Positions 1 to 8,733 of a stretch of DNA of 64,000 nucleotides are shown one piece after another. How positions within the stretch are numbered: the first letter of the stretch is position 1; each line of letters opens with the position of its first letter. The translations under genes were made by a program, and so were the position numbers. Location of the stretch: the NCBI GenBank assembly GCA_945919375.1, contig CAMEJD010000006.1, positions 7,406 to 71,405 on the forward strand. The letters run 5' to 3'. The notes under the pieces were generated by a model. It made no database searches and was not told where the DNA came from. It saw only the letters and a program-made list of their open reading frames with translations. The DNA is from an uncultured Clostridia bacterium. Lineage in GTDB: Bacteria > Bacillota > Clostridia > Christensenellales > UBA1242.

Positions 1-2489
1 TTGGCATCGTTTGGCAAATCAGTAACAGCATTTGGAGCAGAACCTACTGCACCCATAACATATTTCTTGTTTCCGTTTTGGCAATTATAAGTCCAATATT
101 TACCATCTGCAGTTTTTGATAATGTGTTAACAAATGCATCTTGTGCATTTGTTATAATCTCACTATCCGGATTTTTACCTAATTTAATACTGTTACCTAG
201 TTGCACATCACTCAAGTTTATGTTACTTAAATTTCTTATTAAAACTAATTCGTAACACCATAAAAATGTGTTGGAAGTTGAAATAGTTGTTAATGTGCTT
301 GGCAAAGTTATTCTAAATAAATGTACATCACCCATAAATGCATTTTCCCCTATAGACGTTACACCTTCCGGTATTTCTATTTCATTTAGACCTGCACAAT
401 ATCCAAATGCACCAGAACAGATTTCTGTAAGTTGTGAATTTGCTTCAAAACTTACATTATGTAAATTTACACAAAAACCAAATGCATTAATGCCTATTTG
501 CTTTATATTTTTTGGCACTACAACAGAGTTAATTGTATCTCTATTCCAAAATGCTGAATTCCCTAATATGGTTATATCTTGTGGAATATCATTTATTTCT
601 GTTTTTTTGCTAGAAACATCAACTCCCAAAAGATACTTTTCGCCACCAAATGAGTAAGTATAATAATCTCCCTCTTTTGTTACAGGATGTGTAAACTCTT
701 GTTCTGTTGTTACAATTTCACGATATGAGAGTTCATTTATTCCCAAAGTTTTTAAATCAACACCACTCAAATTCCTTAAATTTACCAATTTATTGAAATC
801 GGAACTTGTTCCTAATTGTACATTTGCTCTTATATCTACCGTATATGCATCAATTGTAATTGCACTATCATTAAGTGTTGTTATTGTGCTTGGAATTGTT
901 ATGGATTCGCAAGTATATCCTCTTGTTGTTATAAAAGCATAGCTTGATATTTGTGTTATATTACTTGAAAATGTTAAATTTTTTAATGGTTCATACTGTC
1001 CACTTTCATTTTTGACATAGATATAGTTCGCAATTGCCATTGGATTTGAAGCTCCATCATAAAATTGAATTTGCGACCATGCATCAGTATCCTCTATATA
1101 TACTGCTTCAAAGCTATCGTATAAAAAAGCATCCTTCCCAATTTTTTTGATACTCTTTGGCAAATAGATATTTTTTAAATTAGTTTTACTTGCAAAAGAT
1201 AATTCATACTCCGACTCCGAAACACCGCCTATTTCGCTTACAACATAATCATCACCATCAACGGCAACTCGTTCATTTGGTTCAGAAAATTCTACAGGAA
1301 AATTTGTTTCTATCCCCATTCCGTCAGCAAAGGCATCAGATTCTTGTTCCATTGACGACATAGAGTAATGCCCAGTTATCCCAGAAGCAAATTTATAGTC
1401 AAATCCGTCTGCAAAATATAAATAATATAAAAGACGATAATTAACCTTCTCTTGCTTAGATGCATCATTATATTGGTCATATTCAATAGAGAATTTCCTA
1501 AAATCACATTCAATTGGGAAGGAACTACTGTTTACTTTTTCATCAAATGTAGAGAAGTTTTCATAATTTGAAAACTCAGTTTCCCCATTCAATTTTGCTT
1601 TAAACAGTCCAGAATGTCTAATCCAAACACCCTTGTTTGTATTTGATACAAGGTCACTTACTCTGACTTCTTCAAAGTAGGTGTCATATTCAGCTTGTGT
1701 ACTTATAACGACAGTTGTTGGGGCTTTTTCTTCAAATGATATACTTCCTGGTATAATTGCAGTATCACCGGTACCTTTAAATGTAGTTATTGCCATATCC
1801 CCCGAACCATCGGATGCACTAGCAAATGTAAAATCTCTATATTCCTTTGCAACAGGGAAATCTGCGCCAACGGAAGAAAGCGAGATGTTGTTTGAAAATG
1901 TTGTTTTTGGAATATCCAATGTCAAATCTTCAATTGAATATGCGACAACAATAATCCCAACTTCATTTCTTGTGATTGACTTTACGTTTGATGTCTTTGA
2001 AGTTATGATGTTTTGTGAATTTTCCATTGTTTGGTTTACAATTGCAACCCAAATTTCATCATCTGCAAGATTTGTAACCTTTATTCTTACAAAATATGTA
2101 TTATAATTATTAAAGTCAACACTAATTTTTTTTGATGTCGAAACAATACTTGATGAATCTTCAAGTGTGTTTACAAGATTGTCATATTCTGTCAAATTTG
2201 TTACAGCATCATTATTTGTTCCCAAAGTCGTTGGGACATTTTCTGCCTTCATTTGATTTGCATAACCACTTAAAATTGTCTTGGTGTTAGCAACAACATT
2301 TGATGCATAAACCTTTGTTTCGATTGTTGCAAAAACTTGGTCAACGGTATATGTAAAATTGCCATTTAAGTTGAATTGAACATTTGTAACGGAATAAACA
2401 CCAAAGCATAATACCAATAACGAGACACAAAGCATAATTATTGACAAAAGTAATGACACTTTACCCTTATTGTCTTTATCTTTTTTCAT
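1..2489 (-). CDS. BspA-type leucine-rich-repeat surface protein, N-terminally anchored; 3' end of gene lies beyond the left edge
   Basis: Absent from the ORF track because it has no in-window stop. Minus-strand ATG at 2489 with GGAGG at 2494-2498. My translation starts MKKDKDNKGKVSLLLSIIMLCVSLLVLCFGVYSVTNVQFNLNGNFTYTVDQVF, which is the signal-anchor plus family N-module shared with 7297-8682, 16269-16895 and 59641-60357. The 260-1200 region reads as LRR_5-type repeats (VVPKNIKQIGINAFGFCVNLHNVSFEANSQLTEICSGAFGYCAGLNEIEIPEGVTSIGENAF). Track ORFs 268-657(+) and 1681-2106(+) are antisense artefacts. Confidence 0.75.
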   Translation of the reverse strand, partial: MKKDKDNKGKVSLLLSIIMLCVSLLVLCFGVYSVTNVQFNLNGNFTYTVDQVFATIETKVYASNVVANTKTILSGYANQMKAENVPTTLGTNNDAVTNLTEYDNLVNTLEDSSSIVSTSKKISVDFNNYNTYFVRIKVTNLADDEIWVAIVNQTMENSQNIITSKTSNVKSITRNEVGIIVVAYSIEDLTLDIPKTTFSNNISLSSVGADFPVAKEYRDFTFASASDGSGDMAITTFKGTGDTAIIPGSISFEEKAPTTVVISTQAEYDTYFEEVRVSDLVSNTNKGVWIRHSGLFKAKLNGETEFSNYENFSTFDEKVNSSSFPIECDFRKFSIEYDQYNDASKQEKVNYRLLYYLYFADGFDYKFASGITGHYSMSSMEQESDAFADGMGIETNFPVEFSEPNERVAVDGDDYVVSEIGGVSESEYELSFASKTNLKNIYLPKSIKKIGKDAFLYDSFEAVYIEDTDAWSQIQFYDGASNPMAIANYIYVKNESGQYEPLKNLTFSSNITQISSYAFITTRGYTCESITIPSTITTLNDSAITIDAYTVDIRANVQLGTSSDFNKLVNLRNLSGVDLKTLGINELSYREIVTTEQEFTHPVTKEGDYYTYSFGGEKYLLGVDVSSKKTEINDIPQDITILGNSAFWNRDTINSVVVPKNIKQIGINAFGFCVNLHNVSFEANSQLTEICSGAFGYCAGLNEIEIPEGVTSIGENAFMGDVHLFRITLPSTLTTISTSNTFLWCYELVLIRNLSNINLSDVQLGNSIKLGKNPDSEIITNAQDAFVNTLSKTADGKYWTYNCQNGNKKYVMGAVGSAPNAVTDLPNDA

Positions 2490-2543
2490 AAATCCTCCAA
2501 ATTTTTATCAATTTAACAAAGGCATTCAAATCATGCAAAAAGT

Positions 2544-2596
2544 TTATACGAAATATACTCGTAGTATAAGAATATATTATACGAATTATACTCGTA
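2544..2596. promoter_or_regulatory. Pair of 20-bp direct repeats (TTATACGAAATATACTCGTA / TTATACGAATTATACTCGTA), each with TACGA..TCGTA inverted arms; candidate operator sites
   Basis: Read directly at 2544-2563 and 2577-2596 (19/20 identical, 33-bp period). They lie in the divergent gap between the LRR gene start (2489, -) and the XRE-like frame (2607, +). Confidence 0.45.
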
Positions 2597-2606
2597 AGTC
2601 AACAAA

Positions 2607-2843
2607 ATGAAAGAATATTTACATAAACAAATATATATATAACTTCAAATAGGAATTACAATAAGATAACTACAACAAGAAAATAATCTAACTCAACAAC
2701 AGTTAGCAAACAAACTTTGCACATCACAAAACACAATTTCTTTTTGGGAATGTGGGAAAAGTTATCCAGACCTGCCAACATTGGTTAGAATTACTGAATT
2801 ATTTAATATTCCAACAGATTGTCTACTATGTTTTGAAGCATAA
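2607..2843 (+). pseudogene. XRE-family helix-turn-helix regulator with two in-frame TAA codons
   Basis: A single frame from ATG 2607 to TAA 2841-2843 reads MKEYLHKQIYI*LQIGITIR*LQQENNLTQQQLANKLCTSQNTISFWECGKSYPDLPTLVRITELFNIPTDCLLCFEA. The internal stops are at 2640-2642 and 2667-2669. The NLTQQQLA..S.NTIS.WE.G...P motif is the classic Cro/C1 HTH. There is no start codon after the second stop. Confidence 0.6.
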
Positions 2844-2849
2844 AAAAAA

Positions 2850-2877
2850 ATATCTACAAATAATGTAGATATTTTTT
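2850..2877. terminator. Bidirectional intrinsic terminator
   Basis: ATATCTACA-AATAA-TGTAGATAT hairpin flanked by an A9 run on the left and a T6 run on the right, between convergent genes. Confidence 0.7.
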
Positions 2878-2894
2878 ATTTATTTTCATTAAAA

Positions 2895-3233
2895 TTAACT
2901 TAATAATTTAAAAATTGATATTATACCCTTTGCCCCACCAAATATTCCTTGTATCCATTGCGGTGCAACAATTGCGATTGTAAAGATAGCAATTGCAAGC
3001 AAAAGCAAAATCCCAATTATTATTTTTATAATCTTTCCCGCAAGACCGCCAAAAGCATAGCAACAAAGGAGTGTCAAAGCTCCATATTGCACTGCATAAT
3101 CAACATATTTTTGATATTCTGTTGGAATAGAAAACAAAGTTCCACCAACAACATCGTTAACTTTCAGCAAAGCAAGTGCCACAACAAAGACTGTTGTTAT
3201 TATTGATAACACAAAAAAATACATCTGCTTCAT
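2895..3233 (-). CDS. Small integral membrane protein, unknown function
   Basis: 112-aa ORF with three or four hydrophobic segments (LSIITTVFVVALALL, GALTLLCCYAFGGLAG, IIGILLLLAIAIFTIAIV). The antisense track ORF 2949-3206 is ignored. Confidence 0.5.
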   Translation of the reverse strand: MKQMYFFVLSIITTVFVVALALLKVNDVVGGTLFSIPTEYQKYVDYAVQYGALTLLCCYAFGGLAGKIIKIIIGILLLLAIAIFTIAIVAPQWIQGIFGGAKGIISIFKLLS

Positions 3234-3279
3234 ACTAACTCCTTTTTTATTATATCATTAGAATAAATTTTTGTCCATA

Positions 3280-4122
3280 TCATTTTGTTTTACACTTATT
3301 TGTAAGTTGTTTTAAATTATCTTTATGCTTTATTGTTAAAATAATTTCTTTTACAATTTTTTCAAGTTCGCTATTTTTTGAATAGTCAGTTTTTGCAGTA
3401 AAATTTATTCTGTTGCCATTTATCAAGCTAGACAAATACTGCTCACTTTTTTCGCCTTCCTTATAAACGCCAATTGCAAATCCACCACTTTTCATAATAA
3501 GACGCATACACGGAATATCTGTTGCACTATCTCCAATATAAATCATATTTGTCATTGGGATTGGTCTTAAATCATGGTCCATATGGTCATTAACTCTGTT
3601 GTCATTTACATTCAAAATACCTTTATTTATTCTGTATATGTATTGAGTTTTGTTTGTGTAATTTATTGCAATTGCCGGCCAAACGGGTTGGTTATGTTCA
3701 TTATATACAAAATAACCTGCATATATTTCCTTAAAATATTTTGCAATTTCTGTTCCTTCTATCATTTCCTTGATGCCCGAAGAAACAATATAGTGTTCAA
3801 TATTAACACCCACACTTTTGCCATATTCGTCAATTCTTTTAAACCAAGTTTTTACCCCATTATATAGTTCAATATTTTTACCACAATCTACAAGAGTTTG
3901 GCGTGTTAGGTTAATATTATGTTTTTTGTATTCGTTGACCATAACATACATATAGCCAAGAATATTATCAGCTTTATTTTTCTTGCAAAATTCTTCACAC
4001 TTATCCCAAAACTTATCTTCGCTTACTCCCAATTTGTCAATATAGCCATATGCCTGCATATCTTTTGGCGAAAGTGTTTTATCAAAATCATAAATAAGTG
4101 CAATCTTTGGTTTTGTTTGCAT
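3280..4122 (-). CDS. HAD-superfamily hydrolase (subfamily IB-like)
   Basis: Motif I DFDKT (IALIYDFDKTL) and motif IV GDSATD (IYIGDSATDIPCM) in a 280-aa ORF. Confidence 0.65.
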   Translation of the reverse strand: MQTKPKIALIYDFDKTLSPKDMQAYGYIDKLGVSEDKFWDKCEEFCKKNKADNILGYMYVMVNEYKKHNINLTRQTLVDCGKNIELYNGVKTWFKRIDEYGKSVGVNIEHYIVSSGIKEMIEGTEIAKYFKEIYAGYFVYNEHNQPVWPAIAINYTNKTQYIYRINKGILNVNDNRVNDHMDHDLRPIPMTNMIYIGDSATDIPCMRLIMKSGGFAIGVYKEGEKSEQYLSSLINGNRINFTAKTDYSKNSELEKIVKEIILTIKHKDNLKQLTNKCKTK

Positions 4123-4185
4123 AAGTACCCCTTTGTTTTATATTAAAAGAATAGCATCCCACATTTCAAATGTCAACAAAGATAT

Positions 4186-4476
4186 TTAGTCCATTTGAAT
4201 TATGTTGTCAATAAAATAACATATTTGGTTTTCAAATCTTATGTTCTTTTCCGTTAATTTTGATGCTTTGTTTAAATTTGTAACCAAACTATTTAATATC
4301 AATATATTATCTTTTCGAAGCATTTTTAGATTATCGTAGTTCTTTTTTGAAATAATGCCACTTTTGTATGCCATGCTTTCATTATCCATTTGTTCCTTTT
4401 CTTTGTAAGAGTATTTTATGACAAAATCCAAAAATTTGTCCAAGTACTCTTTTAATCTTTCATTTTTTGTTTCCAT
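4186..4476 (-). CDS. Hypothetical protein
   Basis: The ORF in the track starts at a TTG. The more plausible start is ATG at 4476 (METKNERLKEYLDKF...). No recognisable domain. Confidence 0.4.
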   Translation of the reverse strand: METKNERLKEYLDKFLDFVIKYSYKEKEQMDNESMAYKSGIISKKNYDNLKMLRKDNILILNSLVTNLNKASKLTEKNIRFENQICYFIDNIIQMD

Positions 4477-4572
4477 AAATTGCTCCACAAAAATAATAAA
4501 AGAATTACAAAAGAAAATACATAACAAAAAAAACTAGAATAAATCTAGTTTTGTCGAAAGTTTACAAAAAAC

Positions 4573-4929
4573 TTATTTGTCAAGGTCTTCACTAAAATTA
4601 TATCTTTTTAGTGCAGCATCCAATGTGTTATATTCGTTTTCTGAAATAGTTAAAGACCTACCATCAGTAAAACTTGCCCAACATTTTGATTTCTTTTTTA
4701 CATCATTTATATTTTGCAGATTAAACAATTTTTCTCCACAAACACAAAATCTTTTTTCTGCCCCACAAATTTTCCAAATCTTGTCAGCTTCGCTCCCTTG
4801 AAGCATTGCTGTTGTTGGGTTTTTTGGGTCTATTTTAAAAACAACAATCAAGCAATTGTCTGATTTAACATAGTCTATGTAATTGATGTCGTCCATTGCA
4901 TATAAACCTTCATCAATCTCCAAATACAT
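4573..4929 (-). CDS. Hypothetical protein
   Basis: ATG at 4929 (MYLEIDEGLY...) sits 6 nt after a GGAGG. No recognisable domain. Confidence 0.45.
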   Translation of the reverse strand: MYLEIDEGLYAMDDINYIDYVKSDNCLIVVFKIDPKNPTTAMLQGSEADKIWKICGAEKRFCVCGEKLFNLQNINDVKKKSKCWASFTDGRSLTISENEYNTLDAALKRYNFSEDLDK

Positions 4930-4994
4930 ACTAACCTCCAATATATTCGTAAACACTATAACACAATTTTAGTGCTTTTGCAATACCCTATGTT

Positions 4995-5531
4995 TTAATA
5001 ATTTTCTTTTCTTACTTCAAAGTAACTTTGTGGATGGTTGCAAACAGGACAAACATCTGGCGCTTTTGTTCCAACAACAATATGTCCACAATTTCTGCAT
5101 TCCCAAACCTTTACTTCACTTTTTTCAAAAACTTGTTTTGTTTCAACATTTCTTAAAAGTGCACGATATCTTTCTTCGTGATGTTTTTCTATTTCTGCAA
5201 CTGCCCTAAACTTGAAAGCAAGTTCCTTAAAGCCTTCTTCTTCTGCGGTTTTTGCAAAGCCTTCATACATATCTGTCCATTCATAATTTTCGCCATTTGC
5301 AGCGTCTTCAAGGTTATGGGCAGTGTTTCCAAGTTCGCCAAGTTCTTTGAACCACATTTTTGCATGTTCTTTTTCATTGTCGGCTGTCTTTAAGAATAAA
5401 TCAGCAATTTGTTCATATCCTTCCTTTTTTGCAACTGATGCAAAATATGTATATTTGTTTCTAGCTTGACTTTCGCCTGCAAATGCAGCCTTTAAGTTTT
5501 GCTCTGTTTTTGTTCCTTCGTACTTATTCAT
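4995..5531 (-). CDS. rbr: Rubrerythrin
   Basis: Ferritin-like diiron motifs ([32 protein letters not shown]) plus a C-terminal rubredoxin CxxC..CxxC (CRNCGH...CPVCNHP). Start taken at MNKYEG (ATG 5531), which has a GGAG upstream. Confidence 0.9.
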   Translation of the reverse strand: MNKYEGTKTEQNLKAAFAGESQARNKYTYFASVAKKEGYEQIADLFLKTADNEKEHAKMWFKELGELGNTAHNLEDAANGENYEWTDMYEGFAKTAEEEGFKELAFKFRAVAEIEKHHEERYRALLRNVETKQVFEKSEVKVWECRNCGHIVVGTKAPDVCPVCNHPQSYFEVRKENY

Positions 5532-5542
5532 TTTTGTTCTCC

Positions 5543-5578
5543 TTTTCTTATATGTACACATTTTCTTATATGTACACA
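5543..5578. repeat. Perfect 18-bp tandem duplication (TTTTCTTATATGTACACA x2), each copy containing the palindrome TGTACA, just upstream of the rbr RBS
   Basis: Read directly: 5543-5560 and 5561-5578 are identical. In gene orientation this is TGTGTACATATAAGAAAA x2. Confidence 0.8.
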
Positions 5579-5614
5579 TGTGTTATAATATATATTTTGA
5601 TTTATGTCAACCGA

Positions 5615-6139
5615 TTATTCGCTTTTTGTTTGTTTCCTTTTTGCTAGCCCAATAAAAAATGATACAATTAGTATTGTTGAATATATACTTTCCATTATAA
5701 TTGGCGAAATGTTCCAAATAAGAACATTATACGTTAATATTGACATTGAAAAATAAACATTTATCCACACCATAACAGTCCTGTTATCTTGCCAACAAGC
5801 ATATGTAAATATAATATTTGCAATAAGCATAATTATGCTATACACACCTTCCCAAGTGTAAATAAAACCAAAAATAGTTATTAATTCTAGTAACGTTAAA
5901 AATATGTAATTTTTGTTAATGTTCTTTTTTGCAAGCACAGCAAATGTTGCACACCTAAAAATCGTCAACACAGCACCAACAAGCCCAATATATTCTCCCA
6001 AAACCAAATAGCCACTTGTCAAAAATATATTTCCAACAATGTTGCAAATCATAAATGCATCTTTTCTTTTAAAAAGGTATGCCGAAAGCATAATTATATA
6101 TCCAATAACAAATAAACCTTGTGAAATCCAGTACTCCAT
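5615..6139 (-). CDS. Polytopic membrane protein (possibly YgjV-like)
   Basis: Start at MEYWISQ (ATG 6139), 7 nt after a GGAG. The protein is uniformly hydrophobic with about 5-6 TM segments. The family assignment is only a resemblance. Confidence 0.4.
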   Translation of the reverse strand: MEYWISQGLFVIGYIIMLSAYLFKRKDAFMICNIVGNIFLTSGYLVLGEYIGLVGAVLTIFRCATFAVLAKKNINKNYIFLTLLELITIFGFIYTWEGVYSIIMLIANIIFTYACWQDNRTVMVWINVYFSMSILTYNVLIWNISPIIMESIYSTILIVSFFIGLAKRKQTKSE

Positions 6140-6249
6140 TTTTATCTCCAAAAATTGTAGTATAATTGTACATATTTTGATAAAAATTAGCAAAACAATT
6201 TAACAAAATTATAAAATTAGTGTATATTCTTCATATGAAAGGAATACAA

Positions 6250-7245
6250 ATGAGAACATTAATAAAAAAACCTAGTTTGCTCACCTATATTTATGCAGGT
6301 AATTTGATTAAAAATGGCGAAATTGTTGCTTTCCCAACAGAAACAGTATATGGACTTGGTGCAGATGCCACAAATGCCGAAGCAGTAAAGAAGATTTTTA
6401 TTGCAAAGGGTCGCCCACAAGATAATCCACTTATTGTGCACCTTGCAGAAAAGGAAGATATAAAAAAATATGTTACAGAAATAACAGAAAATCAACAAAA
6501 ACTTATTGATGCCTTTATGCCGGGGCCAATTAGCATAATTTTTGAAAAAAATGATGTAATATGCGATGAAGTTACAGCAGGTGGGAAAACTGTTGCAATA
6601 AGAATACCAGAAAACGAAGTAGCAAGAAAATTTATATACTATTCCCAAAGACCAATATGTGCACCAAGTGCAAATACGTCAAAAAGACCTAGTCCAACAA
6701 TTGCCCAACATGTTTATGATGATATGAACACAAAAATACCACTAATAATTGATGGTGGTGCAACAGATATTGGAATTGAAAGCACTGTTGTTAGAGTAAA
6801 CAAAAATTATGTATATATCTTACGACCAGGAAAAATAAATGCACAAATGATACTTGAAAAAACAGGTCTTGTTGCAATGTCAAAAATGGATACAAGCAAA
6901 ATACCACAATCTCCTGGAACAAAATACACTCACTACAAACCAAAATGCGATATGATTATCATTAAAAACGATGTGACAAAAAATATGAATGATATTTACA
7001 GACAAAAAACAAAAGAAGGCAAAAATGTTGTTATCTTTTGTAAAAAAGAAAATGTAAATAAATATCAAAACAAAAATGTTGTTGTTTTGGGTGAAAATAG
7101 TGAAGATGCAAGCAAAAACCTGTTCACTTATTTGAGAGAATATGAAAATAACGATTTGATACTTTGTGAATATTTTGATAATGGTGATATGGTTGATGCA
7201 CTCTTTAACAGAATGATAAAATCAGCGAGTGGGAATATAATTTAA
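6250..7245 (+). CDS. tsaC: L-threonylcarbamoyladenylate synthase, long Sua5/YwlC form
   Basis: FPTETVYGLGADATNAEAVKKIFIAKGRPQDNPLIVH and SAN.S..PSPT motifs plus the C-terminal Sua5 domain. ATG 6250 follows AAAGGAA; the track ORF begins at GTG 6220. Confidence 0.9.
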   Translation: MRTLIKKPSLLTYIYAGNLIKNGEIVAFPTETVYGLGADATNAEAVKKIFIAKGRPQDNPLIVHLAEKEDIKKYVTEITENQQKLIDAFMPGPISIIFEKNDVICDEVTAGGKTVAIRIPENEVARKFIYYSQRPICAPSANTSKRPSPTIAQHVYDDMNTKIPLIIDGGATDIGIESTVVRVNKNYVYILRPGKINAQMILEKTGLVAMSKMDTSKIPQSPGTKYTHYKPKCDMIIIKNDVTKNMNDIYRQKTKEGKNVVIFCKKENVNKYQNKNVVVLGENSEDASKNLFTYLREYENNDLILCEYFDNGDMVDALFNRMIKSASGNII

Positions 7246-7260
7246 TAAAAATATTTAGTT

Positions 7261-7298
7261 AAAAAAAGAAAGTTGAAATTTCAACTTTCTTTTGTTTT
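7261..7298. terminator. Bidirectional intrinsic terminator
   Basis: Perfect palindrome AGAAAGTTGAAATTTCAACTTTCT (7267-7290) flanked by A- and T-runs, between convergent tsaC and the LRR gene. Confidence 0.75.
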
Positions 7299-8682
7299 AT
7301 GCCGTCAATGTAATTTGTCCATCTGTAAAGATAACGGTAACAGTAGCAGGTATACTAGGACTATTATCAACACTCCATACACCATATTCTGATTTCGTTA
7401 TTTTGTTCCATTGAGCTTGTGTGCCGTTATAATATATCGTTTTTAATGCATTACAACCATTAAATGACAGACCTATACTTGTCACACTAGTAGGAATAGT
7501 TACACTTGTCAAACTATAACATTGTTCAAATGCAAAGTTTTCTATTGTTTGAACACCGTCTTCAAATTTTACAGATGTTATATTTATTCCTTCAAATACA
7601 CCTTGCCCTATCTTTTTTACAGTACCCGGAATAATCAACTCGTTTCTCAAATTGTTTCCTGAAAAATTGAACTGCTGAATATCTGTAATATCACCAAAAT
7701 CTATTGCTTCGATATTTTTACATGCTGTATAAGTAAATTGTAGGATACCATCACCATTTGATTTTGCTCTTGCACTATATATTCCTGTTTGACCATAGAA
7801 CATTAGATTACTGCGATAAGTTTCAACACCGGTGATTCTTGTAACACCTTGACATCCTACTACACACATTGTTTGGCAACTTTCAACTGTGCTTGGCAAA
7901 ACTAATGTTGCTATCCCACTTGTTGCAAAAGGACTGATTGGGACTTGGAGACCAAATTCTTTCACTTCCATATAACTTGCAGGTTCAATTATACAATTTT
8001 CTGGAATTACAACCAAACCTGTTATATTTTCTTTTGGTGTTACTTTGTTATCTGAACTAATATTAATTTTTGCTAAGTTCTCTTGGCTTCTTGAATAATC
8101 ACCATTGCCAATTTTAAGATTCATTGTGTAACTTACATTTTGTATACCCGATTTAAAATCTTCAACACTTATTACATAATATATCTTTTTTGACTCTGTG
8201 TTTGTTATTGCTTTTTGCATAACATTATTACCTTGAACAACATTTGAACTATCACCTATTGTCCATTCGGCAATTGCCCAAACATTTACACTTGGACTCA
8301 AGTTTTGTATATCCATTTCAACTGCATAACTTTTGTTTGTTGATGAGAAATCTAGGTTGATATTCTCTTTTGTAAATGCACTTGAATTTGTTGAATCAAA
8401 CTCATCAAATGAAAAACTTGCATCTTGTGAAAAGCCTTCACTTGCAAGAGTTTTTGTTCCACTTGCAAAATCTTCACTAAGTAACTCCAACTGACCACGA
8501 TTATATAAATTTGTACCTTTGTATACTTTTGTGTTCACTTTTACAAATGCATCAGTAACTTCATAACTAATTGTACCACCAATATTGTAACTTACTTGCA
8601 TTGCCGAAAAAACCCCAAAGCAAAGCACTGCAAGGGCAAAGCACATTGTTGCAAGGGACATTGCTAGTTTAAATTTTTTCAT
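7297..8682 (-). CDS. Surface-anchored protein: family N-module fused to BspA-type LRR domain
   Basis: The N-terminus MKKFKLAMSLATMCFALAVLCFGVFSAMQVSYNIGGTISYEVTDAFVKVNTKVY is shared with three paralogs. The C-terminal half has LRR_5-type repeats (IPGTVKKIGQGVFEGINITSVKFEDGVQTIENFAFEQCYSLTSVTIPTSVTSIG) and the tail IYYNGTQAQWNKI...TVIFTDGQITL. Confidence 0.75.
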   Translation of the reverse strand: MKKFKLAMSLATMCFALAVLCFGVFSAMQVSYNIGGTISYEVTDAFVKVNTKVYKGTNLYNRGQLELLSEDFASGTKTLASEGFSQDASFSFDEFDSTNSSAFTKENINLDFSSTNKSYAVEMDIQNLSPSVNVWAIAEWTIGDSSNVVQGNNVMQKAITNTESKKIYYVISVEDFKSGIQNVSYTMNLKIGNGDYSRSQENLAKINISSDNKVTPKENITGLVVIPENCIIEPASYMEVKEFGLQVPISPFATSGIATLVLPSTVESCQTMCVVGCQGVTRITGVETYRSNLMFYGQTGIYSARAKSNGDGILQFTYTACKNIEAIDFGDITDIQQFNFSGNNLRNELIIPGTVKKIGQGVFEGINITSVKFEDGVQTIENFAFEQCYSLTSVTIPTSVTSIGLSFNGCNALKTIYYNGTQAQWNKITKSEYGVWSVDNSPSIPATVTVIFTDGQITLTA

Positions 8683-8733
8683 ATATTCTCCTTTTGTTTA
8701 GTATAGGAAAAACCAATACTATTATTCAATTTT

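Noticed and set aside
268-2106. Plus-strand track ORFs 268-657 and 1681-2106.
   Set aside because: They are antisense to a long minus-strand reading frame that encodes recognisable LRR_5 repeats and the family N-module. Their own translations are low-complexity with no RBS.
2640-2669. In-frame TAA codons here and at 39481-39492 as a hint of stop-codon reassignment.
   Set aside because: TAA terminates clearly complete conserved genes in this window (for example clpC at 33693), and TGA terminates uvrA. The standard code fits all other ORFs.
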